A stretch of 64,000 nucleotides of DNA from Tubiluchus corallicola (taxonomy: Eukaryota; Animalia; Priapulida): assembly GCA_030141605.1 (NCBI GenBank), contig JAQGDQ010000145.1, forward strand, positions 124,001 to 188,000, given 5' to 3'. Both the position numbers and the translations under genes were made by a program. This document shows, in pieces, positions 24,301 to 50,959 of the stretch. The stretch's first letter is position 1. Every line of letters starts with the position of its first letter. Under the pieces are notes generated by a model. That model made no database searches and was not told the origin of the DNA. It was given only the letters and a program-made list of their open reading frames with translations.

Positions 24301-27260
24301 GAAGTTATATATTTTTAGGCCTATCCTGAAAACGGGGCGATATCTTAGTGGTTCTGGTATGACTATCCCTCCCATGGCAGGCATAAAAATGCAAGATCTG
24401 TTATTATAACTATGAATCCCTCTGGAAAGAAACATTACAAATGCACCTAACTTGAAAATAACAAATACGCACATCTTTTAACAGATCTTAAGGAAACTGT
24501 AGGAAATCCAGAAAAGTAAACCTGTTGCGTCTGGAGATTGGTAGTCGAGGCTGTATCCCCCAATGAAACATTTAACAACTTTAAACGACTGAAATCAGTA
24601 AGGGCTGTAATAGAATGCGATCATAATGATAGAAACCTGAAATTACACAGATCTGTTTCACACTGCAATAAGTGATAGCTGCGTGATCTATAAACTAAGG
24701 CGAGGCAACACGGAGTCAACTCGCATTATTCCGCCAGAGTGTAATCCTCTGTCAGCGAATGTACGCCTGTTAAACTCGTATGCCACTGTATATTTTTATG
24801 AAGCCTGTATTTAATAAAGTGTAATTTTTAACAAGTGGTTAACGTAGCTGACTGGAAGTAGAAGGTTTTGCATTTGCATTTCAGTGGAGGTACGAATTTC
24901 TGCTTTCATGCGTTCACAGAATTGCAATCTTAGTTCAAAGCCAGGACCTATTACTCGAGGCAACATCTAATCAACTCAGAATTAGCACAGATTCATTAAT
25001 CAGGCATAACACTTTGCTAAATTATGCTAAAACTGAAATCTGCTTACCTTAATGGCTCATGTAAAGAGGCCATAAATGTCTCTCCACTGAATACTAACTC
25101 CATTTCCTCATTATTGTAATGAAAGGACACTTTTTCTTTCATTGATGGGTCTATGCTGTTTATCACTGCCTGCTTGGCGTCGCTACCACTGAATACTGCT
25201 GTAATGCGAGGTGAAAGCTCTAAGTTCCTCTGCCCACTTTCTTTACTTGCAGGCGACAAAGAATTGATGCCAGGAATCGAATTCCCATTGATAAAAGCAG
25301 GTTTTGATGAAAGCATCTCGGGATACTGTACTCCAAGAGGTACCATAAATGGAGAAGACATCGTTGTATTAATGCTGTTTAGGTCATCTACACTGTTCAT
25401 ATAGTTTTCACTCGCAGAACTTCCAATGACTGTTTTATTGCAAGCAGTCAAGCAACCTGCTTGTTCCAATTCTTGTGGAACATGTGTCGTGCCTAGACTA
25501 AAACTTCTTTTCTCAGCATTTCCAACACTTCTTTTTTCAGGCGAAACAGCAGACTGAAGAGATGTAACTAAGTTCAGACTATGTTCATGTAAATGACTTT
25601 GTAAATTTCCAGAACTGCTGTGAGTAATACCGTCTCGGTTTCTCGTCTTATTAGCTTCACTACAATTACTAGTCATAGTTCTCTGCAGCTTGTTACTAAT
25701 ATTTGGACTATTATTATTTGGCAGTTTGGGGGCAATGTGCTGCCAACTGCAAGAGTGGTTCAAAGTGCTGCCCAAAAAATTCCTGACCGTTTTTTTCTTC
25801 TGTTTACAAAGCTTTCGTACAAGTTTCTTTTTTACATCCATTTCTGTCTTTGGCAAGTTGTGTCGACTTTGTTGAACATTTATACCATTTTTGTTATTAA
25901 GAACTCCAAATTTAGGCAGAATGTGCTGTAGCATGTTTGGCTTTTGCTTTGACTGTTTTTCGCATTTTGTTCTTTTATTTGATGTAGACTGAAAAACATC
26001 ATTCATACTATTTGAAAGTTCCCCTTCTATTACTTTGTTAATCGCAACTAGGACATTTTGTGATTCCTTGTCTTCTAATTCAGTGCAAATAAGAGCTGAA
26101 TCAGCAGATTCTGAATAAGTAAGTAGCTGCATATGTTTGCTTATATCTTCACACTTAGTTTTAAGAGAAGAGTCTGAACTGGCAAGTAATTTAGAGTAAT
26201 CACGCTTACGAGCTCCTCTGGACTTTGCTTGATGAGCAACTGTCATGTGAACGCCAAGAGCTTGTTTCCTGGAGAACCGACGTTTGCAAAGCGGACACTG
26301 ATAAATTCTTGATGGATCACTATTGATGTCTAATCCATGTACAGACTTTAGGTGACTATCCCTCACATTATAACTTTTAAATTTCAATTTACAAACATTG
26401 CAGTTGTAATTTTTCTCACCAGTATGCACTACTAGGTGTCGTTGTAAATCACTCGTCTTCAAGAATATTCTCCCGCATAATGGACAAATTCGTCCAGCTA
26501 AAAATTCTGGACTACGGCTGTGCAAATCCTTTAATCCAGCAAGAGTCTTTGTTTGGTGAAAACAACCATTTTTGCCCGTTGTAACCATCATATTAGGTAT
26601 CTGACAACTCGCAGGGAAAGAGGTGGATGAGCATGCCATGTTAACATACAGTTTTTCTGGCACCGGCATAATACCATCTGCATATTTATTTAGTTCAGGT
26701 TCGCGTTTAATTTTTACGATAGGATCTAATAGTCGATCACTTTTTAGATCCTCTAGGCATACAATGTCTTTGGGAGACTCACTTCGTGTACTTTGATTTG
26801 CTTTCTTTGGTAAACACGGTACAATAATTGCGCCGTGTTCAGCAAATTGTTGCATGGCAAGTACAGCACTATCTTTGGCAGTTCGTTCACGCCGCAGTCG
26901 GGGAGCAAGACAAGTATTACTCAAGTGTTTCTTAGTGCGACGATGACAAGCTCTTGGACTCACGGAACATTCGACCTTGTCAAGAAGAGTGGATAAAATG
27001 TCAAAGATTGGATCAGACCGTGACTCTACATTTTCTTCCATTGGTTTACAAGCCTCTACACTGGCACACTTGTATTCTGGAAATGTTACTTCCCGTTTAT
27101 AATTTGTCGTAAGAAGTTCTTCAACTTGGTTCAATGCAAGAGAAATGACAGCTTTTGAAACTGTGATTGAATCATCAACACTTGCAAACTGTTCACCATC
27201 GTTCTCTTCTGTTGTGAGTTCACTGCAACGCGTATTTTGTTCATCACTACATACAGACAT
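9313..27260 (-). CDS. Large multi-exon dispersed C2H2 zinc-finger protein (~1740 aa, 8 fingers)
   Basis: Exons 27260-25048, 16865-16676, 16115-14353, 13527-12629, 10297-10211 and 9383-9313. All introns are GT-AG with consistent phases (2,0,2,1,1), 5223 nt total. Fingers: [83 protein letters not shown]. Also an NLS-like PKKKKV. The last exon is the least certain. Confidence 0.85.
10606..11003. mobile_element. Dispersed repeat (MITE-like), inverted copy at 44167-44552
   Basis: GCTATGCGTGCACAGTTGCTGCAGGTCAAAGG...TGAAAAGGCTTATT matches the reverse complement of 44167-44552 along its length. It has internal inverted GGTCAAAGG/CCTTTGACC motifs. Confidence 0.75.
11800..12510. mobile_element. Non-autonomous hAT-type DNA transposon
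   Basis: Imperfect TIR TAGAGATGTTA../..TAACATCCCAA with subterminal CGATA repeats. Flanks CCCTCAAT / CCTTCAAT match 7/8, consistent with an 8-bp TSD. Confidence 0.65.
13897..14331. mobile_element. Foldback/MITE palindrome with ~200-bp arms in a ZNF intron
   Basis: AACAAAGCATTGTCAACT...CAGGCCAGACATGATTTA is mirrored by TAAATCATGTCTGGCCTG...AGTTGACAATGCTTTGTT. Confidence 0.85.
17603..20720 (-). mobile_element. Degenerate CR1/L2-group (Crack/Daphne-like) LINE ORF2 with 3' tail
   Basis: Broken ORFs give an endonuclease end ([10 protein letters not shown]), RT motifs ([32 protein letters not shown]) and a C-terminus ([12 protein letters not shown]). AATAAA plus a (TTTGA)n tail lies at ~17603-17626 on the minus strand. 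Confidence 0.9.
18452..19009 (-). mobile_element. Retroposon 3' fragment nested in the LINE, 10-bp TSD
   Basis: ATTATACAGT is duplicated at 18442-18451 and 19010-19019. The insert ends in AATAAA plus (AAT)n on the minus strand. Removing it rejoins the host reading ..[14 protein letters not shown].. Confidence 0.75.
21372..21594. mobile_element. PIF/Harbinger-like palindromic MITE (copy 1 of 3)
   Basis: TIR AGTGGCGTTTACCTAGCATCCGGAA / TTCCGGATGCTACATAAACGACACT; related copies at ~35194-35402 and ~54748-54906. Confidence 0.75.
22135..22352. repeat. 33-bp minisatellite, ~6 copies
   Basis: CCAATTCTGA at 22153, 22186, 22219, 22270, 22303 and 22336. Confidence 0.9.
22595..22800 (-). mobile_element. 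LINE 3' end remnant
   Basis: The minus-strand stem-loop GACAGCAGACTAGGTGACTTTATAGTCTTTTCGCTATC resembles the 3' stem-loop of the LINE at 29570-29612. It is followed by AATAAA and a TTGAA-like tail. Confidence 0.45.
23543..24268. mobile_element. Element with inverted TTCCCAGAA/TTCTGGGAA-rich ends and a central GA-rich low-complexity tract
   Basis: GGGTAGACTCCTTTCCCAGAA versus TTCTGGGAAACGGACCTACACC; purine tract ~23785-24040. Confidence 0.55.
24606..24833 (+). mobile_element. Candidate short LTR
   Basis: Starts TGTAAT and ends TTAACA, has a TATA-like CTATAAA and an AATAAA ~15 nt before the end, and is followed by AGTGG. No convincing TSD. Confidence 0.3.
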
Positions 27261-27289
27261 TGTTAATTTTTAGCAAATGCTATCAGACT

Positions 27290-28000
27290 AAACACACTTG
27301 CAGCTGCAAAATAAGAAAAATATCTAGTGAGGTAACAGTTACACATGATGTGCATAATGTAAGGCTATCAACTAACAAATTTGTGTTTGCAAAGCAAAAC
27401 CGTCCATAAGTCGGCATAGTTAAAACTACATCATGATGCTTCAAAGCAGAAAGCACAAAAAATTTGATCAAATGTCGATTTTTCATTTTTTACGAAAACA
27501 AATGCTAAACGTATTGGACTTTTATATTCTAGCATCAAATTATCAGGGAAAATGTCCAAAAAATACTAAAAATCTAATTTTATGACTCCTTTCCCACTTT
27601 TCTGTCTTGAAACCAGTACTGCAATTGTAAAAAATCTTGTATTTTCTGACTCCGATTGTAGCTCGTGGAAGCACCCATTTTGCTTCGGGTTTTTCTTTGT
27701 TGACAAGACCAGATCTTCATCAAGAAGTGCCATCAACTGGATTTAAACATAACTTCAATTTGCTCTTGTAAAGTCCATGGCAACCAGTTTTTCGTACGGT
27801 TGCTAAGATTTTTGTAGAGAAGTGACAAAGAACAATGGCAGACTTTAAACTCGTTTTTCTCAAGATTACGTTTTTCAGTGCATAGCCTGCACCTCAACTT
27901 CAATGTGGATTATCTCAGCTTAGAAATTGCGATGAGCTTGGAATCAAAATGATCCTCATGAAATGGAGATTCAGGATACGTGAATAACTAAAAAAGCTAG
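27290..28000. mobile_element. Dispersed repeat; inverted paralogue at ~55620-57050
   Basis: AAACCGTCCATAAGTCGGCATAGTTAAAACTAC, CCAGATCTTCATCA, GGATTTAAACATAACTTCAA and AAATGGAGATTCAGGA all occur reverse-complemented and in order at 55650-57050. Confidence 0.85.
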
Positions 28001-28313
28001 TTGTCATCCTTAAATTTTTTCCGCAACGTAAAACTGGAAAAAGATATTTATTAAATTTTTTCTGCAACGTAAAACTGGAAAAAGATATATATTTTAATTT
28101 TCTTTTATTCACTTGACTTTAGGAAGTAGTCCTAATATTTATTAACTTGCACATTTTTATTCTTTTAATTGTTACAGCAAATGCTTTTAATTATATCATG
28201 TAAATGTTTGTTTTATTTGGACAGTTGGACTGAAATAACATGATAATAACAATAATCACCATCCGTATGATCATAATCATCATCATCATCATCATCATAG
28301 TTACTACCGAACT

Positions 28314-29701
28314 ATGTGCAACTTTCGAACCCGAATATTTGCCGATGACACTAATTTGTTCATGTCTGACTCCAATATAAATAATCTGCAAAAATCTGTT
28401 AATGACGAAATGAAAAAAATAGACCTGTGGATGAGGGCAAACCAGCTATCAATTAACTACAAAAAAACCAAATTTATGATAATCAACAATAAGCAAATTA
28501 ACAATGCTAATAATCCAAAATTTCATATTATAATAAACAAACACAAAATTGAAGAAACAGACAACATCAAATACTTGGGCCTACTCATTGATAATAAATT
28601 AACATGGGAACCACATATAAAACACATAACATACAAATTAAGTCGAATTACTGGAATAATTTTAAAAGTAAGGCACTACGTTGACCAATATATTCTGAAA
28701 CTTCTATATAATTCGTTAGTTTTCCCTTATTTACAATATTCCATCTTAACATGGGGTACAGCTTTTGCATCAACTCAAAAATTAATACAGACACAACAAA
28801 ACAAAATAGTAAAATTAATAACTTTTGCTCGCAAATATGATCATGCTACACCATCGTTCGTAAAATTAAAAATTTTAAAAGTAAGAGATATTTACAATCT
28901 TGAGTTGTTCAAATTTATGTATAAATTCAATGCTGGTTTATTACCCGAACTTTTTAGAGAATATTTCACTAATGTTTCTGATATACATTCCTACTCCACA
29001 AGAGCTGCTTCTAATGAACAGTATTTTGTGGAGAGATTTTTTACCCGACATGGTTTCAATAGCTTAAAATCACGAGGAGTTAAATTATGGAACTCGTTGC
29101 CAAAAGATACCTTTGGCGGTAGCTTATTTTCTGCTTCCAAAAAATACACAAAATTCTTACTAAATGAATATACCTGTAATACATAACTTGTAAGACTAAT
29201 AAGCAAGCTATCAAGTGTGTTTTTTTCTTCTCATCTCCTAAGTAATTGTTGCTCTTTCTTATACTTACTTTTTCTCTTAAATTTTCTATATTACACTTTT
29301 TTTTTGATACTTATTTTATCTCTCCATACAGTCAAAATCCCCTGTCAATAAGGCCCCTATATGAAAATATATATAATAATCATAATTACTTGTATTGTTT
29401 TGTTTAGATTTTGGTGTCATCTAACTTTATTATTTTTTGTTTTCACTTATACTGTTTTCATTTATACTTTGTTTTCATTTATACTGTTTATTATTATTTT
29501 TTTTTCCTATTTGATTTTGTTATCCGCAGTCTCACCATTTACTTTTAATATACTAATTTAATTATTAGACAGGGCAGGAGACTAGATGACCCTATGGTCC
29601 TTCCCTGCCCTGCTCCACTACTATAATTAAGTAATAACTAAAAAAACTTGTCATGTCAAACAAATGGAGAAAATAAATGTTCTATGTCTATGTCTATGTC
29701 T
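28314..29701 (+). mobile_element. 5'-truncated CR1/L2-group (Crack/Daphne-like) LINE with an open RT C-terminal ORF
   Basis: ORF 28314-29186 (FADDTNLF, KYLGLLIDNKLTW, LYNSLVFPYLQY, HSYSTR). T-rich 3'UTR, stem-loop CAGGGCAGG..CCTGCCCTG at 29570-29612, then AATAAA and a (TCTATG)n tail. Confidence 0.93.
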
Positions 29702-30602
29702 ACCATGCATTATTTTACTGCGTTAAAGCGACTTAAGACGTCTATTTGAATTTGGCTTAACTTTCTTAGCCGCACTAGCCATGACTAGGGTGCGACTAAC
29801 GAGATAAGATGTCTACATGAATTGTATACAAATATTTTTGAATAAACCCCACTTACGACAACAAAACTGTCGTAAACTACAGTACATGAATCAGAGCCCA
29901 AGGCCTTACATCCATCTACTGCCACATGCCGAGTCTTGCTCAGAAAACTTTTAATCCAACGAGGTAACTGTCCCCCTCCATCATATGTTTGTAGGTTAAC
30001 GAATACTCTCTGATGGGAAGCCCGATCGAAAGCTTTTAGAAAATCCTAGTAGGTGACATCAACTTGGTTTCCTTCTGTCTAACATTTCGTTCCAGTCTTC
30101 AAACGTCTCTTAAACTCTACAGTCAAACTGATACCTTGCTTGAGGTACAGTTATTCATGTATTTAAGAGTATTAGTAGTTTTTCTAATTACAATAATAAT
30201 AATTAGGCCTAGGCGTATGTTATGGCTCACAGTAACATGTCGTAAACATTTATAGGTACAGTGGCCCTTACAGCCAACACAGTAATTTAATGAGCTCACC
30301 TCTAGGTGAAGTCTCAACACAAGATGTTAAAAGCTGTTGTAGTGAAAATTTGTTGAAAGCATCCAAATATGTCAATGATTGTTTGTTTTATAGGAAAAGC
30401 ATTTTGAAGAAAGTTGGTGAAATAAATTTTGAAGAAGAATAAAGGTGCTGCAGTGTTGAAGTCCCCTGCAATCGATTTCATCGTTTGCCCATACAAGTGG
30501 AGAGGGGTGAGAGAAACCTCAAGTATCCAACTTGAGTTACCATATGCACTTTTGCCAAACGTACTCTTATAGTCGGTTGCGAATGTACACCAGTTTCGGT
30601 AC

Positions 30603-30816
30603 CTCAAGCCATTCTCACGGTTCGGCTAAGCTCAATACACAAAAATTACGAACTATAGACTATACGTACTGGTAAATAACGAGCATTAAGCAGTGCTGCG
30701 ATTCACATATTGATGTTGCCTGTCAAAATGTTTTCTGACTTCTCATTTGTTCGACGAAAGTGACGTCAGTATCAACGCCTTCTATAGCAAATCTTTGACA
30801 GAAAGCGCACGTGTTT
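30603..30816 (-). promoter_or_regulatory. Probable promoter / first non-coding exon of the ZNF gene
   Basis: Donor-like GAG|GTACCG at 30603/30602, palindromic CRE TGACGTCA at 30761-30768, E-box CACGTG at 30808-30813, and locally more CpG. Inferred only. Confidence 0.35.
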
Positions 30817-30888
30817 GGCTCGGTGGCCAAGTGGTAAGGCGTTGGTCTCGTAAACCAAAGATCCGGGGTTCGATCCCCCGTCGGGCCT
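30817..30888 (+). tRNA. tRNA-Thr-CGT: tRNA-Thr (anticodon CGT)
   Basis: Cloverleaf: acceptor GGCTCGG/TCGGGCC, D arm GCC/GGC, anticodon stem TTGGT/ACCAA with loop CT-CGT-AA, T arm CGGGG-TTCGATC-CCCCG. Internal A/B boxes present; TTTT at 30892-30895. Confidence 0.96.
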
Positions 30889-32069
30889 AAATTTTACCTA
30901 CACGTTGATTGTTGTTTTTCAAATAAGGATTATTCACCCGTGATTTTGAACTCATGTTTCAAATTCAAAGATCCAAGTTGTTAAAAAACAATAAAAATTT
31001 AATACCAGTGTTTCATGGAACAAGGTGTTCAACTTTCTGTGGTAAGAATAAACGTACTTGTTTATTCGATTCTCCGTTTAAACATAATTAGTCCGGAATG
31101 CAAAGCGTTGGATTACTGACATGTGCACATGCAAGTTTCGCTCACTCGTAATTGTAAAATGTACAAATGCCCATGTGCATGTATATATACATATATAGTG
31201 TGTGCACGTGTATGAACATCCTACGATTGTATATGCAGTTAGTATATGCTGACCATATCAACATTATGTTAAAATTTAAACCTAAATTTCATAAGTTCAA
31301 TCTTAGCACACTAACCATTCCTAACTAATTGAAAAATTGAAATTGAATTGAATTAAGCAATTTAAAAATGCTCCATATGTAAACTTTCATCACACGTAAT
31401 TCTGAAAATTTCATCTTGATAATTGCGCACATAATTAATTACTAATAGCAACATTACTTACAGGGTGGCTGGCTTTGATAACTTTTAGTTCTTCGCGACC
31501 CTTTCACCAATCAGTTTAATATCATATCTCAGATAAATTAATCATCATAATAATTTTGTTAAATTGCATCATATTATCGTTTTTTGCACTGTGTTTTTCT
31601 TCCTGTAAAAAGGTAATAAATAAAGATACTTATACTTATGCCTGTATTACCGTTGTTATGGCATCCACTTTTTGTAAAAATTTGGAATACACATTGTTTG
31701 CCTCATAATGAGCGAAAGACAGAGTACCACATTTTTCATACAGCACAAAAAAAACAAAGTGAACGAATATGACGACAACATTACGGAAAAACAGATGTTT
31801 TTATGGGTTACTTTGTAAGCGAATAATCAACTATAGGCGATTCACAGCGGCTATTCTAATATTTCTATCAGGCTCCTGTATATCCACATCATAAAGGAGC
31901 AAGCCAAAAAAACTGTATCCTGTGACGCTGTTGTTCTTACACTTCTACATTGAGCCCCATAATTTCTCTAAATTTTATCACTTGTCTGATCCAAGCATTG
32001 ACAGTAACTAGTGTGCCCGTGTTTACAGGACATCAATCTTCTTCGTTCACTCCATAATTTCTAAGAACT

Positions 32070-32480
32070 TTTTAGCTACTTTACATTTCAACAGATGTTC
32101 AGTCGTATCACACTCCTTCACACACACACAGTGAACACATTAAATCATCCTTACACTTATTTTTATAATTACACTTTAATTTGATCACGTTTAATTTCCA
32201 CTGAGTAATTTCATATACAGTTTTTTCAACAAACTCCATCACATAATTTATTGCCTGTTCCCAAATTTCCTCAATATTTTTCATAAATCTCAGTTTTGTC
32301 ATATCATCGCACTTTTTCACAGCTTCTACTTCTAGATACTTTTTAACTGCTTTTTTAATTTCTTTTTTCCATTGTGACTTCAATAAGCTTTGCATTCTTT
32401 CAGCATTTATATCTAAATCATACATACTTGCAATTTCTCTAATTTCTGTCCCCCAGCTTCTGGGAATGTTTTTGTCACAT
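32070..32480 (-). mobile_element. Non-LTR retrotransposon ORF2 C-terminal fragment
   Basis: ORF 32108-32425 (SQWKKEIKKAV...LKCNYKNK..LMCSLC) continues after a frameshift as TTEHLLKC, a CCHC-like terminus typical of LINE ORF2. Confidence 0.65.
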
Positions 32481-35057
32481 TTACTTGTTTGATGTTACTT
32501 TACTATAAATGCACTGTGTATTATAGTGGAACAGACCTGACTCACAGTGTTTCAACGGGAAGGTGAAGTCCGCAAGTGGCATCATAACAATGGTCTGATG
32601 AAAAAGAGAAGATTTGTAACTGCAAGAAGGGTTCACATCAAATTATACATGATTCTATTGATTTTACAAAGGACAATTATGCAATCACACATATTTCAGT
32701 CAAGACGTATGTGAAGCCTGTAACTAGGCTACAAATCATAACTATAGGGTAACAAAATTTCAAATTTTTTCTTAGAAATGGTTTTATTACAATAATGATG
32801 CAAGTTGAAACAATGTCAGAAAAACTTTTAACTGTAAATTAATAATTTTTACAAGTTACTCAATGGCATTGCTCATTTCATAACACGTACAACAAATGAT
32901 TGTGGACAGATAAACAATCTACTTACGTAATTATGCACTAGCCAAGCATGATAACAATAACAGCGAACGCACATTATTATTCCTAACGAATGGTCCCACT
33001 TTTAGTGAAAAGCACTAATACACTGTACAATAAAACAAGTCAATCGCATTTTCCTAAATCACTGCCAGTACCTTGATGCAAAATAGCCGAGAAATCTGCA
33101 TAATAGATGTTACCTACTCAAAATGCGTATCATCATTTATCACGGCTTAAAAAATATTACAATGCAGCCTGTCAAACTTCTGAACATCTGAAACAATGCA
33201 TTCATAGCTCATATATGCAATTAGCTCACATTATAGTAAAAGAAATTTTCAACGTTACTCATAATTCTACAAACGATATTTTCTGGCAACTTGTATTACT
33301 CATTATGAAAATGTATAAGAATAACCTCCACTTCAAGTAACTGTAAAGAAGTTCATCACTATGGCTTCTATTTACAAAAATAGGTAAATGGGAAAACATA
33401 GTATTCAAATAACAAAATTTGAAAAGCCACTAATAAAGTGTATTTGCCATTATGTATAATTTTTACAATAACTGTTCCCACTTTCATTGTTCACTTTTTA
33501 TTCTTATTCTTAAGCCAATGATACATCATTAAATTTGATAGAGAAATGTGTAAGAAATCGGGGGTGGATGGGGGGGGTATGTGCCTGTATCCCATCTAAT
33601 AATATAACAATTTATATTTTATATTGAAGCTACTAAACATTTGCTACTTTAAGATTTTCTCATTGCAACTAATCTGTGGTGGCTAATGTAGTACAACTTA
33701 TTTTTCATAATAGGGAATATAAACGCTAACACATAAGTTGTCGCACAAAAAATTGAATTTCAAAAAAGCATAATTTCAACGATTAGAGGAACTCTTTAGT
33801 TAATTGTACATTCCAAAATCTAAACAATTTCCACATACTACTAATCTACTTACAGCAACTTCCATATAAAACATAGACAAAATATACAAAAAAAATAGAA
33901 AAATAATAAAATGCAGAGAAATGTTGGCAAATAGAAACTACAGACAGCATAATCAGTAATCAAGCTAGGCACAGATATGTGCTCATATATACAACTGTTA
34001 TTAGACAGGCGGGTACCTTTTAAAACATTTACAGGACATAATTTGGTAAGCATAAAAATACTTCAACTTTAATAGAAACTCCTGGATGAATGTTTGTTTT
34101 ACTATATGCTCAGTTCGAAAAAATATATAAAAACTTCATTAGATGTCCAATGAGATATATAAGCCTAATGTCCACATCCTAATTAAAGGATGCAAGCAAC
34201 GTGACAACGCTATATAATTGTTTCATGCATGTATACCCCAATTCTAAGACCATTGCATAATGATTATGCACAGCATAATGATTATGCACAGCATAATGAT
34301 TATGCACAGCAATTCTAGAAAAGGGCTGCTATAATTATCAGTATACGCTAAAACTCAGAGAAACTATAAGTCTGGTTGCAATCCTGAAAGTAATTTACTA
34401 GTAAGCCAGTTTAACAGATAAACTCTGTTAACGAATGCCTAAGTTCTCTAAACAGCTTGCTGACATTTAATTTCAAGCATTATTTTGACATTTTCCAATG
34501 TTTTCTCATTCAAAGGTCACTAGCTGTAGAGAAAATGCAATGAATGGTTAAAGAGATGTACTAAAAAACTGGCCTCTCGCACAAATTTATTTCAAACCTT
34601 TACTATTAATCAAATTCGAAAGAAGACTGTGAGGAGGGATCTGATCCAAAGAATAAACAATTTAACAAGCATTCATGTAACAAGACATTTTTATTGCATG
34701 CTCTTAACGTTTCGATAAACTTCTGCCTTGATTCAAGGCCATGCTGCAAGAAAAATTCCTTGACAAACTCCAAATAGTTGCAAACATAACATGGGTACAC
34801 AAAATGTGTTTTTTAACAAATATGACATAAAAATGTAAGAATATCTGACATTTGATATTGTACCATTTCCCTGAATAATGGGGTGAAAATCACATATTAT
34901 ATTTCCTGAAAAATTCCATATGAATCCATGTTAGATATGCAACTATTTGGACAACTTTGGCAACTTTCTTTGCAGTTTGACTTTTGATAACTGAGACTTG
35001 TCAAAACATTGGAAACATGCAACAAACATGTCTGTTATCACATAAACTGTTGTTATA

Positions 35058-35990
35058 CAGTACGTCCTCACTTAACGATGTTAGTGCGTTCTAGCGAAAC
35101 ACGACGTTAAGTGAAGCGTCATTAAACGAAGCTAAGACTTCTAATGTAAAAGAACTGAGATACGTTCGAGAGGCAAAAATCAATACTGACTAAAGTGGCG
35201 TTTAAGCATCGGAATGCGTATGCATTACAGGCGTACAGAATAGATAAAATCGGTTTATGTTGTTTTCAATGCACGCGCTTATCGGGCCTGCATTGTGTAA
35301 TTTTTTCTGCAGCTATTTCTTACTGATTTTTTATTTTGCAGCTATTCCGTAGGTGGATAACCCACAATGCAAACGCGTTCCGGATGCTAGGTAAATGCTA
35401 CTTTAATCACATAAATTAAACGCTTTATGACTTATGAGTTTTATTCATAACTTGCTTGAAACAACCTATCTTTCTTACGGATACTAGGCTAGCAGTTTAT
35501 CTTTCAATAACACTGAATCCTGGACAGAGGTTAAACAATAAACACTGCATAGTCAAACACAAGCCCTGGTGTGACCTTAGGCAATTTCATCTAGATGCTT
35601 AGTCTGGTTGCTATAGCAACAGGTTGCAGACAAAAAAGCATAACGTTTGCACCCAGGTGCCTATAAATCAGAGGCATATAAATTGCAAATAGATCTCACT
35701 TTATACAAACGACTAGCATTTAGTAGTCAGTTGGGAAGCAAAAACATTATAATAATTGTACTGCTTTAATTACTAGTGTGTTTTAGAACAGAATAATGTA
35801 ATATATGCTGTTTTAATGCCGCAAATTAGGCAAAAATGTGCTTGAAAAATAAAAATAGGCTTTAAGCAAAGTAAAAAGTTCATCTTTAAAAGTGAAATGT
35901 GCATCGTCAAGTGAAAAAAGGTGTCAAATGTTCAGCGCGTTGTTAAAATTAAACATCACTAAACGGGTAGTCGTTAAGCGAGTCTTACTG
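35058..35990. mobile_element. pogo/Tigger-like MITE with TA TSD, containing a nested Harbinger-like MITE
   Basis: TA|CAGTACGTCCTCACTTAACGA ... TCGTTAAGCGAGTCTTACTG|TA. Nested TAA|AGTGGCGTTTA...TAAATGCTACT|TTA at ~35194-35402. Confidence 0.8.
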
Positions 35991-36576
35991 TACAACAATT
36001 TCCTATAGAAAAATCCTACAAACAAGACTTTTACAATAACAAATTTGCAAAAAAGGTAATGTGAACATACATGCAATATGACTCAACAAACAGGCAGTGC
36101 AGTGATACCAAAAAAGCCGAGGCGCAAATGTAAAAATTCAATGGTCCTTAAATAAAATCACCATATGACTACATGTACCACTTGTTCATACAATGATATT
36201 TCATATTAAAAGCATTGTATTTAGTATTTTAGAAGTGTTTAACAATGCAAGCAAAGCATATCTGAAAACGCAAAAAAAAACTACTACTGCACAATTTACA
36301 AAAATCTGAATTAACTCTACTTTGATAAAAATTCTCTACTGTACATGTAATTGTCAGGTTCAAGATTTACGAATTTGAAATGCAGAAAACCTTTGTGTAG
36401 TGACTGCTTGGCACAAATTACCAAAAAACTTCACAGAAAGTTCTAAAAAATCCAGAGAGGATACTGCAAGCTGAGTCAAGACTATCAACAACTAAAATCA
36501 AAACACTAAAGACTAATAGACGTTGCTGCTTATTCTTGGATTTGGCCGACTTTACTTTTCGCTTAATCAATCGTCG

Positions 36577-50692
<14,116 letters not shown>

Positions 50693-50959
50693 CGGGTTAT
50701 CTGCAAAATACGCACAAATACGTGACGAGGTACCAAAAAATTACAATACTCAATAGGCCTATTATATACAAATAAACGCTTGTTAGTTTAAATTAGATGT
50801 AAGATTCTACAAATCGTTCAGCTTTTAGAAACTCAGATTACCATTACCAGTTATTACTTAACTCTCACTTCTACATATTACAGTTTTCCCCCAGACTAAC
50901 CACAAAATTCAACGTTGAACAAACATGCAAAATCCGAGCACCTTTAGCAAAATGCTAAC

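Noticed and set aside
34256-34311. Three copies of an 18-bp palindromic unit, plus small duplications at 28010-28090, 37363-37410 and 42877-42920
   Set aside because: Ordinary slippage duplications with no sign of function.
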